Shown here piece after piece: positions 35,991 to 45,414 of a DNA stretch of 64,000 bases. The translations under genes and the position numbers were made by a program. The notes below the pieces were generated by a model. The model saw only the letters and a program-made list of their open reading frames with translations, was not told the origin of the DNA and made no database searches. Numbering within the stretch: position 1 is the stretch's first letter; each line of letters opens with the position of its first letter. The stretch spans positions 122,412 through 186,411 of the forward strand of contig JAPPLU010000049.1 in assembly GCA_028874075.1 (NCBI GenBank), read 5' to 3'. This DNA is from Chloroflexota bacterium. Lineage in GTDB: Bacteria; Chloroflexota; Dehalococcoidia; Lucifugimonadales; UBA3495.

Positions 35991-36878
35991 CTATAGCTGG
36001 CGGGGAGGCTCGGGCGTCCGCCGCGGCCACATGCTGGCTGCCCAGGACTGGGCCATAACCCCCAGCTTCTCTGTAGTGGACAAGCTTACCCGCTGGCTGA
36101 AGACGTCGTAGTCGGCGGCCTCAATCCGGTCCAGCAACCTGCTATAAATCCTGCCCAGGACGGTGACACAGGCGCGGGACCTGGGATTGAGATAGGGAAG
36201 CAGCAGAAAGCCGCTTTCAAAGAGGGCCCGGGCCCGCTGGGTCTGGAATCGCATCAGCTCCCTGAAGGCATCGTTCACTTGTCCCGCGCGCAGGTCGTCT
36301 TCGGTACAGCCAAAGCGGGCCAGTTCATCCTGGGGCAGGTAGATCCGGCCGAAATCCAGGTCTTCTTTCACGTCGCGGGCAATGTTCGTTAGCTGCATGG
36401 CCAGGCCCAGGTCAATGGCGTGAGCCCGGGCCCGCTCGTCCCGGAACCCGAAAATGTGGATGCAGATCAGGCCCACCGCCGATGCTACCTGGTAGCAGTA
36501 CCGGCGCAGTTCGTCAAAGTCCTGGTAGCGGGTCTTGACCAGGTCCGCCTCCATGCCAGACAGCACGTCATCAAAGTACTCTTGGGGAATGGCGTAGTCC
36601 CGGGCCACCTGGGAAAGTCCCACGAAGACGGGTTCATCAGCGCGACCCTCATAGCACAGGGCCAGCATACGCCGCAACTCCGCCAGGCGTCCGAGTTTCT
36701 CGTCGGTAGCTGACTCGCTGTCCACCGCGTCGTCACAATAGCGGCAGAAGGCATAAGAAACGTAGATAGCCCGCCGTCGCTCCGGTGGCAGCAGGACAAA
36801 GGCGTAGTAGAAATTGCGGGCTTCCCGCCGGGTGATTCGCCGACATTCCTGGTAGGCTGCTTGCAGGTCAGTTACCAT
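35991..36878 (-). CDS. hpnD: Presqualene diphosphate synthase (squalene/phytoene synthase family)
   Basis: RNFYYAFVLLPPERRRAIYVSYAFCRYCDDAVD, plus the second Asp-rich region NIARDVKEDLDFGRIYLP. Confidence 0.8.
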   Translation of the reverse strand: MVTDLQAAYQECRRITRREARNFYYAFVLLPPERRRAIYVSYAFCRYCDDAVDSESATDEKLGRLAELRRMLALCYEGRADEPVFVGLSQVARDYAIPQEYFDDVLSGMEADLVKTRYQDFDELRRYCYQVASAVGLICIHIFGFRDERARAHAIDLGLAMQLTNIARDVKEDLDFGRIYLPQDELARFGCTEDDLRAGQVNDAFRELMRFQTQRARALFESGFLLLPYLNPRSRACVTVLGRIYSRLLDRIEAADYDVFSQRVSLSTTEKLGVMAQSWAASMWPRRTPEPPRQL

Positions 36879-36947
36879 GACCCCGCCTGTTTGCTGGTGG
36901 TTGGGCGAAGAGAAGCCCTTCCGAAAAGGTAGAGTCCGGGCATGGTC

Positions 36948-37958
36948 TCAATCCCGGGGCATCGTGGGAAGTCGGAAGCCCAGCCCCAACCTCCAGCCAA
37001 GCCATGTGGAAAGAAACAGCCCCGCCTTGCGCGCACGGGACAGGGAAGGACGAGCAGTTAAAACATCATATCGTTGTTTCCGTATGGCTTCAAGGACGGC
37101 CACGCCGCCCCGGGTGAACAGGGCCACGTCGAGCCTGGCCACGCCGTCCAGTGTGGACGCCAGGGGCGCTCCTTGCCGGAACAGGTCCATGGCCCGTTCC
37201 ACTTCGAACGCCAGCAGTTGGCTGAACTCGGGAGTGACAACGCCCTGGGCCAGTTCTTCCTCGGTGTAACCGAACCGGGCCATGTCCTCCAGGGGCAGGT
37301 AGATGCGGCCCTTGCGATAGTCGCGGGCCACGTCCTGCCAGAAGTTGGCCAGCTGCAGGGCAGTACAGGTGGCGTCGGCCATCTTCTGCCGTTCCTCGTC
37401 CCGGTAACCGAAAAGATAGAGGAACAGCCGCCCCACGGGATTGGCCGAATGGTCGCAGTAGTGGAGCAGGTCGTCGTAGATAGGGTAGCGCTGGCTCCGC
37501 TGGTCCATTCGGTTGGCTTCGATAAGCTTGAGGAGGGGCTCCGCAGGAAGGTCGAAGGCATCGATGGATTCCCGGAGGGCAACCATTACCGGGTGACTGG
37601 GGGTTCCCGAGTAGCAGGCTTCCAATTCCGCCTGCCACAGGTCCAGCAGGGCCAGGCGGTAGGCACGGTCGTCGCCGCCAAATCCGCCGGTCGAACCCTC
37701 CAGCCTGGCCGCCAGCAGGGAGACGGTGTCTACTTCCAGCGATGAGGGGTCACTCCCCTCTAAAGCAGCCTCGTCGCCCAGGTCGTCCACGGTGCGGCAG
37801 TAGGCATAGACGGCGTAGATGTGGCGCAGCTTGTCCTTCGGTACAAGCCAGGAACCAACGGTGAAGTTCTCATAGTGAGACCGGGCCAGCCGCTGGCAGT
37901 ACTGCCGGGCAGCCTCAGTGGTCCAGGTTGACGGTGTTGCCGTTGCTTGGCTGGTCAT
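36948..37958 (-). CDS. hpnC: Hydroxysqualene synthase (squalene/phytoene synthase family)
   Basis: HYENFTVGSWLVPKDKLRHIYAVYAYCRTVDDLGDE, plus NFWQDVARDYRKGRIYLP. First of the two tandem SQS-like genes, as in hpnCDE operons. Confidence 0.8.
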   Translation of the reverse strand: MTSQATATPSTWTTEAARQYCQRLARSHYENFTVGSWLVPKDKLRHIYAVYAYCRTVDDLGDEAALEGSDPSSLEVDTVSLLAARLEGSTGGFGGDDRAYRLALLDLWQAELEACYSGTPSHPVMVALRESIDAFDLPAEPLLKLIEANRMDQRSQRYPIYDDLLHYCDHSANPVGRLFLYLFGYRDEERQKMADATCTALQLANFWQDVARDYRKGRIYLPLEDMARFGYTEEELAQGVVTPEFSQLLAFEVERAMDLFRQGAPLASTLDGVARLDVALFTRGGVAVLEAIRKQRYDVLTARPSLSRARKAGLFLSTWLGWRLGLGFRLPTMPRD

Positions 37959-38017
37959 GGGGCCTTTTCACAGAGATGCGCTAAGGAGCGCAGTTGCACA
38001 GAGAACCGGGCACAGCC

Positions 38018-39088
38018 CTAGAACTCCCGTCGGGCCAGGAAGTCCACTAACTGGTCTACCTCGTCCCGTACCCACCCGGGCAAGTCCACACCGGCCAGGG
38101 CCAGGGTGGCCTGTTCGGCGCTCTCGGAGGTCAGGCGGTTGGCGTACTGGGGCGCGCCCAATTCGTCCATTATGGTCATCACCCGCTCGACATCGGAATC
38201 GGACAGTTCCTCCTGGGCATAGATGCGGTGCAGGTCCTGGCGGGCTCCGCCGCTGGCGCGATCCAGGGCAAATACGGCGGGAAAGGACTTCTTCCGGCGG
38301 CGGATATCACTTTCAGTGGACTTGCCCGTGGCAACCTCATCTCCCCACACACCCAGGTAATCGTCGCGTATCTGGAAAGCCCGGCCCAGGTAGTCGCCGA
38401 AGCTGGCAAAGGCGGCGGTAACCTGCGGATCGTCATTGGCCAGCACCGCCCCGATCTCCACGGAGCAACGGATGAGCGCACCCGTCTTGCAGGCAATCAT
38501 GTGGAGATACTCGTCGGTGGTGATTGTGGTGCGGCCCTCGAACCCCAGGTCCAGGCACTGGCCCTCAATCATATCCAGGTAGCCTTCGGTCAGGATGCGG
38601 GAGACGCGGACGGCGGTTCCAGGAGAGACCCCAAGCTGGGCGCCCCGCAGCACGGACAGATCGCCCAGGCACTGCATGGAGTCCCCGGCCACCAGGGCTT
38701 TCGGCTGGCCCCAGATGGACCAGACGGTGGGCTGATGGCGGCGCTCCATATCCTGGTCCTGGATGTCGTCGTGAATCAGCGAGAAGTTGTGAATCAACTC
38801 GATGGCGGCGGCGGCGGAGACTGCGTGGGCCAGATCGCCACCCAGGGCCTCGCAGGCGAACATGCACAGGGTGGGACGCAGGGCCTTGCCCTGGGAAGCG
38901 GGCGTGGCTGCGGGGTTGCCGTCCTGGTCAACCCAACCCAGGTGGTACTGCAGGGGAACGTTCAGTTCGTCCAAGCCGGGGAATGGCACTATGGCGGCCA
39001 GCCCCTCCTCCACCAGGTCCTTGTACCTGGCAAACATAGCGGGCAAAGGCGGGCCCGGGGGAACAGCGGGAGGAATCTGGCTGCTCAT
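38018..39088 (-). CDS. Polyprenyl (farnesyl/geranylgeranyl) diphosphate synthase
   Basis: First Asp-rich motif LIHDDIQD; second FQIRDDYLGVWGD. Confidence 0.85.
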   Translation of the reverse strand: MSSQIPPAVPPGPPLPAMFARYKDLVEEGLAAIVPFPGLDELNVPLQYHLGWVDQDGNPAATPASQGKALRPTLCMFACEALGGDLAHAVSAAAAIELIHNFSLIHDDIQDQDMERRHQPTVWSIWGQPKALVAGDSMQCLGDLSVLRGAQLGVSPGTAVRVSRILTEGYLDMIEGQCLDLGFEGRTTITTDEYLHMIACKTGALIRCSVEIGAVLANDDPQVTAAFASFGDYLGRAFQIRDDYLGVWGDEVATGKSTESDIRRRKKSFPAVFALDRASGGARQDLHRIYAQEELSDSDVERVMTIMDELGAPQYANRLTSESAEQATLALAGVDLPGWVRDEVDQLVDFLARREF

Positions 39089-39182
39089 GGCTTAACGCGC
39101 CTGTGAGTTGATGAGAAGATATGGTGCATTCAGGGTAACATAGTTTCATCCATCCACGAAGGACATCAAGGGGCGCGATGGT

Positions 39183-39395
39183 GAAAATTTTTTGATTATT
39201 ATCCCATTTTGTCTCAAATTGTCTCATTTTTGCCCTTGGCCGGGACCTCGTCCCGGTGTGGGTCAAGGGGTATGCCATCAGGAACGGGAGGCCACAAGGC
39301 CCGCCCCTACGACGGGCAGGCCAAGGCGGCGGTTCCTGTTCCATGGTCTGTATTACTATAATGGCGATGGGTTATGCAAGGTGGCAAGGAGGGAG
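39183..39395 (+). promoter_or_regulatory. Conserved intergenic module, copy B
   Basis: Block 1: GAAAATTTTTTGA...ATCCCATTTTGTCTCAAATTGTCTCATTTTTGCCC (39183-39235). Block 2: TATTACTATAATGGCGATGGGTTATGCAAGGTGGCAAGGAGGGAGC (39351-39395). Contains a TATAAT box. Confidence 0.5.
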
Positions 39396-39610
39396 CCAGG
39401 GCAATCGCGCTTTACGCAGATTTGACGCTGATCGAAGTCGAAGGATCAAGGGTAATTCCTCTGAGGCTCCCTAAAGTTCTCCAGCGGTTTCAGACGAAAG
39501 GGATTCAAGCCCTTCTGCAAGCTCAGGGAGACATGATTTCGGACCGCAGCAGACCGGGCCCTCAAGGCGCGTTTACGGTGGCGTTTCCGGGCGCACGGTT
39601 GCTGTTGGAC

Positions 39611-39656
39611 GGGAAGACAAAGAAGCGGCCTGGCGTGCTCATAGACGCCAAGCCGC
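39611..39656 (-). terminator. Rho-independent terminator of the SBP gene (possibly bidirectional)
   Basis: Minus strand: GCGGCTTGGCGT-CTATGAGC-ACGCCAGGCCGC (12-bp stem, one G-U) followed by TTCTTTGTCTT. Confidence 0.75.
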
Positions 39657-39684
39657 TCTGTTCTGGCAGCAGGGACGGCCGCGC

Positions 39685-41679
39685 CTATTCCCGGTGGGGC
39701 ACGTCCTCCCAGTTGCTCAGCCAACTTACGTTGCCGGCCATGACTTCCCACTCGTCAATGTTGGGACCGACGGGCCAGACGGAGTTTTCCTCGTAAAGGA
39801 CAATCTGGGCCACGTTCTCGAACATCCACCGGGCCATTTCCGCGGTCTTGGCCCAGCGTTCTTCCTCGTTGGTCAAGTCCGACGCCTCGTCAAACAAGGC
39901 CTCCAGGTCCGGGTGTTCGAAGCCGAAGTTGAAGGAGCCCTTGGGGCTGTAGATGCGGAAATAGCCCAGTACCGGCTCCACGCTGGGCCCTGCATTATGG
40001 CCGCTAACGCCCAGAGCGGTGCGATCCACGGTGCCCGGCCGGAAGCCGGAGTAGGGGCTGGTGCTTTGAACGGTGGTTATGCCCACGTCTTCCCACATGG
40101 TGGCCACGGCCTTGGCCGCCTCGATGTTGCCGGCCTGGGGCCGGGGGTACAGGTACATGTTTATGGAGAAGCCGTTGGGGTAGCCGGCCTCGGCCAGAAG
40201 CTGCTTCGCCATTTCGGGGTCATACTCGTAGGTCAACTGGTCCAGGCCGAACTGCTTGATGCGCTCGTCGTGACCGCTCCAGCCCTGGTGGTAGAAGGGA
40301 CGACCCTCGCCGAAGGCCAGGTTGTTGACCAGCTTTACACGGTCGATGGCCATGCTCATGGCCTGGCGCACCTTGCGGGCCCGGTCCCACTCCGCCGAGT
40401 TTACGTCGCGGTCGCAGGCCACCCAGGGAGCGTCGGCCCCGCACTGACCAGGAGCGCTGTAGGCGGCGGTGGCGCCCAGGGGCACCTTGGGCGATGTCCC
40501 GTCGGCTGCGGGCTGGTGGAAGGGGTGGTCGGGGTAGTACTGCTGGCCATGCACGTTCAGAAACTGGTAGGCGCCGCCGGGGAAGCGCATGAACTTCACG
40601 CCGGGCAGGTTCTCCTGCTTGATGGCCTGGATGGACTCGGCGCTGAAGGAGCCGGTGTCCAGCTTGCCGACCTGGAAGTTGGCGACTCGGGTGGCGTCCT
40701 CGGCAATCTCCCACCAGACCATTTCCTCCCAGTCGGGGGGACGGCGCCAGTGGTCGGATACGGCGGCCATGCGACGGAACTCGTCGGTCTTCACCTCCAT
40801 CAGCTGCCAGGGGCCGGTGCCGATGGAGTCCAAATTGGCCTGGTCGGGCCCCACCTGGTCGAAGTGGGCCTTGCTGTGGAAGGCCATGGAGGTGCTGGGC
40901 GCCTGGCTGTACCAGGTGACTTCAAAGGTTGGCTTGGGGCGGGACAACTGAACGGTGTGCTCGTCGATCCTGGTGATTTCGCAACCGTCGCAGCCGAAGA
41001 GCCGGCGCATGCCGCCGGCCGATGTATGCACCGAACCCTCTTCAATCACGCTTTCCACAGTGAAAATAAAGTCGTCGGCATTGAAAGCGCCGTAGCCGTC
41101 GTGGAACTGGGCCGTGTCTTCCAGGTAGAAGGTAAAGGTATCGGCATTCGGGCTGGCTTCCCAGTTTTTGACCAGGCGGGGCAGTCGCTCTCCGGTGGGC
41201 GACGTGGCCCACATGGGTTCGTGGGTGATGAAATACTCGAACCTGGCGTTGAGGAAGGGCATGTTCTGCAGTATTCCCACGAAGGGGCCGATGTCGGTCA
41301 TGCCCACGTTAAGGGTGCCGTGGGCCATCATGGCCTCGGCCGGGGCGTCTGAAGCCACCGGGGCGGGAACGGGCGTTGCAGCCGGGGAACTGCTGGCCGC
41401 CGCCGGCGCGGAAGACCCGGAGGCGGGGGCGGAAGACGGCTGCGATGCGCTGCTGGCCGGAGCGGCGGACGGTGCGGACGCTGCAGGTTGGGAAGAGGGG
41501 GCGCCGGAGGCAGCCGGAGCTTCTGCGGCGGGGGCGGCCCCTGATGATGACGCAGCCGGCGCTGCGGCGGGTTCCTGGGCAGCCGATTCTTCCGGAGCCG
41601 CGGCCCCGCAGGCGATGAGCAACCCTGCCATCAGGATAAATATTCCAGTAAGACTGAGCCTGGGCCAACCAATGGTCAT
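39685..41679 (-). CDS. ABC transporter substrate-binding lipoprotein, family 5
   Basis: Lipobox LMAGLLIACGAA, a ~110-aa Ala/Ser/Pro tether, then a family-5 SBP body. GAAGGAGG precedes the ATG. Confidence 0.85.
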   Translation of the reverse strand: MTIGWPRLSLTGIFILMAGLLIACGAAAPEESAAQEPAAAPAASSSGAAPAAEAPAASGAPSSQPAASAPSAAPASSASQPSSAPASGSSAPAAASSSPAATPVPAPVASDAPAEAMMAHGTLNVGMTDIGPFVGILQNMPFLNARFEYFITHEPMWATSPTGERLPRLVKNWEASPNADTFTFYLEDTAQFHDGYGAFNADDFIFTVESVIEEGSVHTSAGGMRRLFGCDGCEITRIDEHTVQLSRPKPTFEVTWYSQAPSTSMAFHSKAHFDQVGPDQANLDSIGTGPWQLMEVKTDEFRRMAAVSDHWRRPPDWEEMVWWEIAEDATRVANFQVGKLDTGSFSAESIQAIKQENLPGVKFMRFPGGAYQFLNVHGQQYYPDHPFHQPAADGTSPKVPLGATAAYSAPGQCGADAPWVACDRDVNSAEWDRARKVRQAMSMAIDRVKLVNNLAFGEGRPFYHQGWSGHDERIKQFGLDQLTYEYDPEMAKQLLAEAGYPNGFSINMYLYPRPQAGNIEAAKAVATMWEDVGITTVQSTSPYSGFRPGTVDRTALGVSGHNAGPSVEPVLGYFRIYSPKGSFNFGFEHPDLEALFDEASDLTNEEERWAKTAEMARWMFENVAQIVLYEENSVWPVGPNIDEWEVMAGNVSWLSNWEDVPHRE

Positions 41680-41769
41680 CAGGGTACCTCCTTCAGTAAC
41701 TGCTTGGGACAGTATGGGTCTTCAGGGGCGCCGTCAGACAAGCCCAACTCCGGCCTGTCTAGCCAGTTT

Positions 41770-42831
41770 TTAATTGATCTGCTTCTCCAGGACGGGAGCT
41801 ACCTCCTTGCCCAGGAGTCTCATGGACTGCAGCACCTGGTCGGGCGGCACCCGGCCGCCGGCGTTTACATCGGCCACTACCATGCCTATGCCCAGTTCCT
41901 TCTGCAGGTGGCGGAACTGGCCCACCACCTCGTCCGGAGCGCCGAAGACGACCCGGGAGTCCAGGACTTCCTCGTAGGAAAGCTGGGCCAGGGCCTCGGC
42001 CCGGCGGCGCATGCCCTCGGGGTCGGTTACGCCCTCGTCGCCCAGGCGGGAGATCATCAGGTTGGACTGGCGCTGATAGAAGGCAAGCATGCTCTCCCTG
42101 GGTTCCTCGCGAGCCCGCTCCGGGTCGGAGGCGGTGTAGACCGGCACACGGATGCCCACGTCGGGCTCACCGGCGATGCCCGCTTGCCGCCAGGCCTCGG
42201 AAAAGTGGTCAATGCGGGCCTTCAGGTCCTCAAAGGTCCCGAAGCCCACGTTGACGAAGATGGGAATGCCCATGCTGCCGGCCCGGGCAAAACTCTCCAG
42301 GCTGGCGCAGGCCATGCGCAGGGGCGGATGAGGTTTCTGGACGGGCTTGGGCATCAGCCGGACATTGTGGAAGTTGTAGAACTCGCCCTCGTAGCTGAAT
42401 TCGTCGGTGGTCCAGGCCTTGAGTATGACTTCCAACGCCTCCCAGAAGCGGCCCCTGCTTTCGGAATAGGGGATGTTGTAGCCGCTGTAGGAGATGGTGA
42501 GACCGCTGCGGCCGATGCCGAAGTTGAACCTGCCCTGGCTTATCTGGTCCACGGTGGCGGCTTCCTCGGCGATGCGGATGGGATGGTTCAGGGGCAGGAC
42601 CTGGACGGCGATGCCCACGCGCACCCGTTCGGTGCGGTCGGCGATGGCGGCGGCCACGGTTATGGGCGAGGAGAGAACGGAACGCTGGGGCTGGAAGTGG
42701 CGCTCGGCCAGCCAGATGCTGTGGAAGCCCGACTCTTCCGCCACGTCCACCTGCTCGAAGCTGTCGCGGAAGGCGGCGGGCTGATCGTTCACGTCGCGGA
42801 TGTCAAACTCAATAGCTGCGGTAAGTTCCAA
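41770..42831 (-). CDS. LLM-class (luciferase-like) flavin-dependent oxidoreductase
   Basis: GFHSIWLAERHF, VGIAVQVLPLNHPIRIAEEAATVDQISQGRFNFGIGRS. TTG start with AGGAGAA 5 nt upstream. Confidence 0.8.
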   Translation of the reverse strand: MELTAAIEFDIRDVNDQPAAFRDSFEQVDVAEESGFHSIWLAERHFQPQRSVLSSPITVAAAIADRTERVRVGIAVQVLPLNHPIRIAEEAATVDQISQGRFNFGIGRSGLTISYSGYNIPYSESRGRFWEALEVILKAWTTDEFSYEGEFYNFHNVRLMPKPVQKPHPPLRMACASLESFARAGSMGIPIFVNVGFGTFEDLKARIDHFSEAWRQAGIAGEPDVGIRVPVYTASDPERAREEPRESMLAFYQRQSNLMISRLGDEGVTDPEGMRRRAEALAQLSYEEVLDSRVVFGAPDEVVGQFRHLQKELGIGMVVADVNAGGRVPPDQVLQSMRLLGKEVAPVLEKQIN

Positions 42832-43186
42832 GGTTTTCTCCTGTAGCGCGGAAAAGATGTCGTCCGGGAAAGGCAGGTTACGGATTCCTTCTACTAACCT
42901 TCAATTGAAGGGGCTGACGGCTTACTTCAGCGTCTCTGATGAAAAATCCCGGTCAGTATGTATTTGACCAATACTTAAAGTCAAGCTGGCCTGGCACCTA
43001 TCGCTAGGTGTGTGCCATTCGGTAAATTTTTGGGCAGTTTTAGCAAGTTTTGGTGCAAATCAGTTCTCCTAATCGCAACAAATTTCGCCGGATTTCCTTT
43101 CTTGACAGTGCATTTCGATCGGAATAGAGTCTTGCTAATTCAAAGGATGTCCGGGTCCGAAGGCGGGCCCGATGCGGCGGGTGGGC

Positions 43187-44125
43187 ATGTACAGATTCCT
43201 GTTGCGGCGACTGGTGGCGTCCCTGTTTACGCTGCTGGTTATTTCCCTGCTGGTGTTCCTGCTGGCCAGGGGTTCCGGAGACCCCCGCTCCCTGATGCTG
43301 GACGACTACGCCGACACGGGACAGTGGGAGGAGGTAGGGGCGAAGCTGGGCCTGGACAAACCCTGGTTCGTGGCCTGGCCGCCCTGGGAGTCGCAGTATG
43401 GCATCTTCCTGATTAACGCCGCGCGTCTGGACTTCGGCAACGCCATCAGCGACCCGCGCACGGTGTCCGAGCTGATCATGGAGCGGCTGCCCGCCACCCT
43501 GCAGCTAGGGCTGGCCGCCTTCATCTTTTCCATCATCATCGGCGTGCCCCTGGGCATACTGTCGTCCCTGAAGCGGAACAGCATCTGGGACAACATGGGC
43601 AAGCTGGTGGCCCTGCTAGGCCAGTCCATGCCGCCCTTCTGGCTGGGCATAATGCTCATCTTCCTGTTCGCGCTGCGGTTCGAGTGGGTGCCACCATCGG
43701 GGAGGCAGGACTGGAACAGCTTCATCCTGCCGGCCATCACCCTGGGCTGGTTCTTCGTGGCGGCCAACATGCGGCTGATACGGTCGGCCATGCTGGAAGT
43801 GCTGGACTCGGAGTACATCAAGCTGGCCAGGGCCAAGGGGGTGTCGCCGCCGGCGGTGGTGTGGAAACACGCCCTGCGCAACGCCCTGATTCCCCCGCTC
43901 ACCTTCATGGGGGTAACGCTGGGGCTGCTAATTACCGGTTCCATCGTGGCGGAGACGGTATTCCAGTGGCCTGGCCTGGGCCTGCTGGCGTACACGGCGC
44001 TGATCCGGTCCGACTACCCGACCCTGCAGGGCATAGTGATGGTCTTCTCGGGGATGTACCTGATCATCAATTTCCTGGTGGACATCCTTTATGCTTACAT
44101 TGACCCCCGCATCAGGTATTCCTAG
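43187..44125 (+). CDS. ABC transporter permease (DppB/OppB type)
   Basis: MYRFLLRRLVASLFTLLVISLLVF start typical of this family. EAA-like loop YIKLARAKGVSPPAVVWKHALRNAL. Confidence 0.85.
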   Translation: MYRFLLRRLVASLFTLLVISLLVFLLARGSGDPRSLMLDDYADTGQWEEVGAKLGLDKPWFVAWPPWESQYGIFLINAARLDFGNAISDPRTVSELIMERLPATLQLGLAAFIFSIIIGVPLGILSSLKRNSIWDNMGKLVALLGQSMPPFWLGIMLIFLFALRFEWVPPSGRQDWNSFILPAITLGWFFVAANMRLIRSAMLEVLDSEYIKLARAKGVSPPAVVWKHALRNALIPPLTFMGVTLGLLITGSIVAETVFQWPGLGLLAYTALIRSDYPTLQGIVMVFSGMYLIINFLVDILYAYIDPRIRYS

Positions 44126-44143
44126 ACGGCTGGGAGCCGATTG

Positions 44144-45259
44144 ATGGCCGGTGTTGCTGAAACTCGTCAACTGGAAGTAGGACGGTCGCTGTCCGCCGGG
44201 GCGGGACTGTCCCTGCAATGGCTGGGGCGCCGCTTCACGCTGATTTTCTCCCTGGTCATCCTGGGAGCCCTGGTGGTTACGGCCATATTGGCCCAGTGGA
44301 TGGCGCCCTATGACCCGCGGCGGGGCGACCTGGACGACAAGAACACGCCCCCGGCCTGGGTGAGCGCCGAGACGGTGCAGCGTCAGGTAGTGGACGGTTT
44401 TCCCGACAATGAGAACACCGAGATCTCGGTGAACCGGGCCTCCAACCTAGCGGTTTCCGGCAAGGTGGTGGGACTGGACGGTAGCGCCCTGACCCGCGAC
44501 CAAATTGCGCCAGGCGACCAGGTGCTGGAGGTTATCCGGCCGGCGGGCAGCACGAAGTTCCTTCTGGGGGCCGACGACCAGGGCAGGGACCTGCTGAGCC
44601 GCATTATCTGGGGCGCGCGGGTGTCGCTCATCGTGGCGGCAGTCACGATCCTGGTGGGCGGCTCCATCGGCACGGCCCTGGGGCTTATCTCCGGCTACTA
44701 CGGAGGGTGGGCGGACGAGGTCATCATGCGGATGGTGGACATCTTCCTTGCCCTGCCGTTGGTGATGGTGGCGCTGGTGCTGGCGGTGGTGGTGGGCAAC
44801 TTCAGCATCCCCTGGCTCCCCATGAAGGAAATCCACATGATCGCCATCGTGCTGTCCCTGTTCATCTGGGTGCGGTTCGCGCGGCAGGTGCGGGGCGAAG
44901 TGCTGGGGTTGAAGACCATGGACTATGTGGCCCTGGCCCGGGTGGCGGGGGCGTCCACCCGCCGCATCCTGCTGGTACACCTGCTGCCCGGGGTGATGAA
45001 CACGGTCATCGTAGTGGGGACGCTGCAGGTGAGCGTGGTGATCCTGCTGGAGTCCATCCTCAGTTTCCTGGGGGCCGGGGTGGCCCCGCCAACGGCGGCC
45101 TGGGGTTCCATGGTGGCCGACGGTCGGGACTTCCTGAAGACGGCGTGGTGGGTAAGCACCATGCCTGGCCTGGCGCTCTTGCTGACGGTGATGGCGTTCA
45201 ACCTGATGGGAGACTGGATACGGGACGCACTGGACCCCAGGCTGCGGCAGCAGCGGTAG
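44144..45259 (+). CDS. ABC transporter permease (DppC/OppC type) with an enlarged periplasmic loop
   Basis: LLGADDQGRDLLSRIIWGARVSL, DYVALARVAGASTRRILLVHLLPGV. About 90 extra residues lie between TM1 and the GxDxxGRD motif. Confidence 0.85.
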   Translation: MAGVAETRQLEVGRSLSAGAGLSLQWLGRRFTLIFSLVILGALVVTAILAQWMAPYDPRRGDLDDKNTPPAWVSAETVQRQVVDGFPDNENTEISVNRASNLAVSGKVVGLDGSALTRDQIAPGDQVLEVIRPAGSTKFLLGADDQGRDLLSRIIWGARVSLIVAAVTILVGGSIGTALGLISGYYGGWADEVIMRMVDIFLALPLVMVALVLAVVVGNFSIPWLPMKEIHMIAIVLSLFIWVRFARQVRGEVLGLKTMDYVALARVAGASTRRILLVHLLPGVMNTVIVVGTLQVSVVILLESILSFLGAGVAPPTAAWGSMVADGRDFLKTAWWVSTMPGLALLLTVMAFNLMGDWIRDALDPRLRQQR

Positions 45260-45414
45260 GGCGCATGGGGCGAGGCTCCCGACCTCGCGGGAACGACAGT
45301 ATAGACAGGCAGCAAGCGGGGCGCCTAAGGGGCGACCTCAATGATGGTAACGGAAAGGGCGCCGGTTCGACGGGCGCTCTTCGTCGTTGCTATCCCTTTT
45401 CAGACAGGGATATG

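Noticed and set aside
29906-39395. A 9.5-kb mobile island flanked by the two module copies as direct repeats
   Set aside because: No integrase, transposase or tRNA target is present. The content is ordinary metabolism (ACAD, HIT/HD, aldolase, squalene operon). The repeats are short, patchy blocks rather than duplicated att-like ends.
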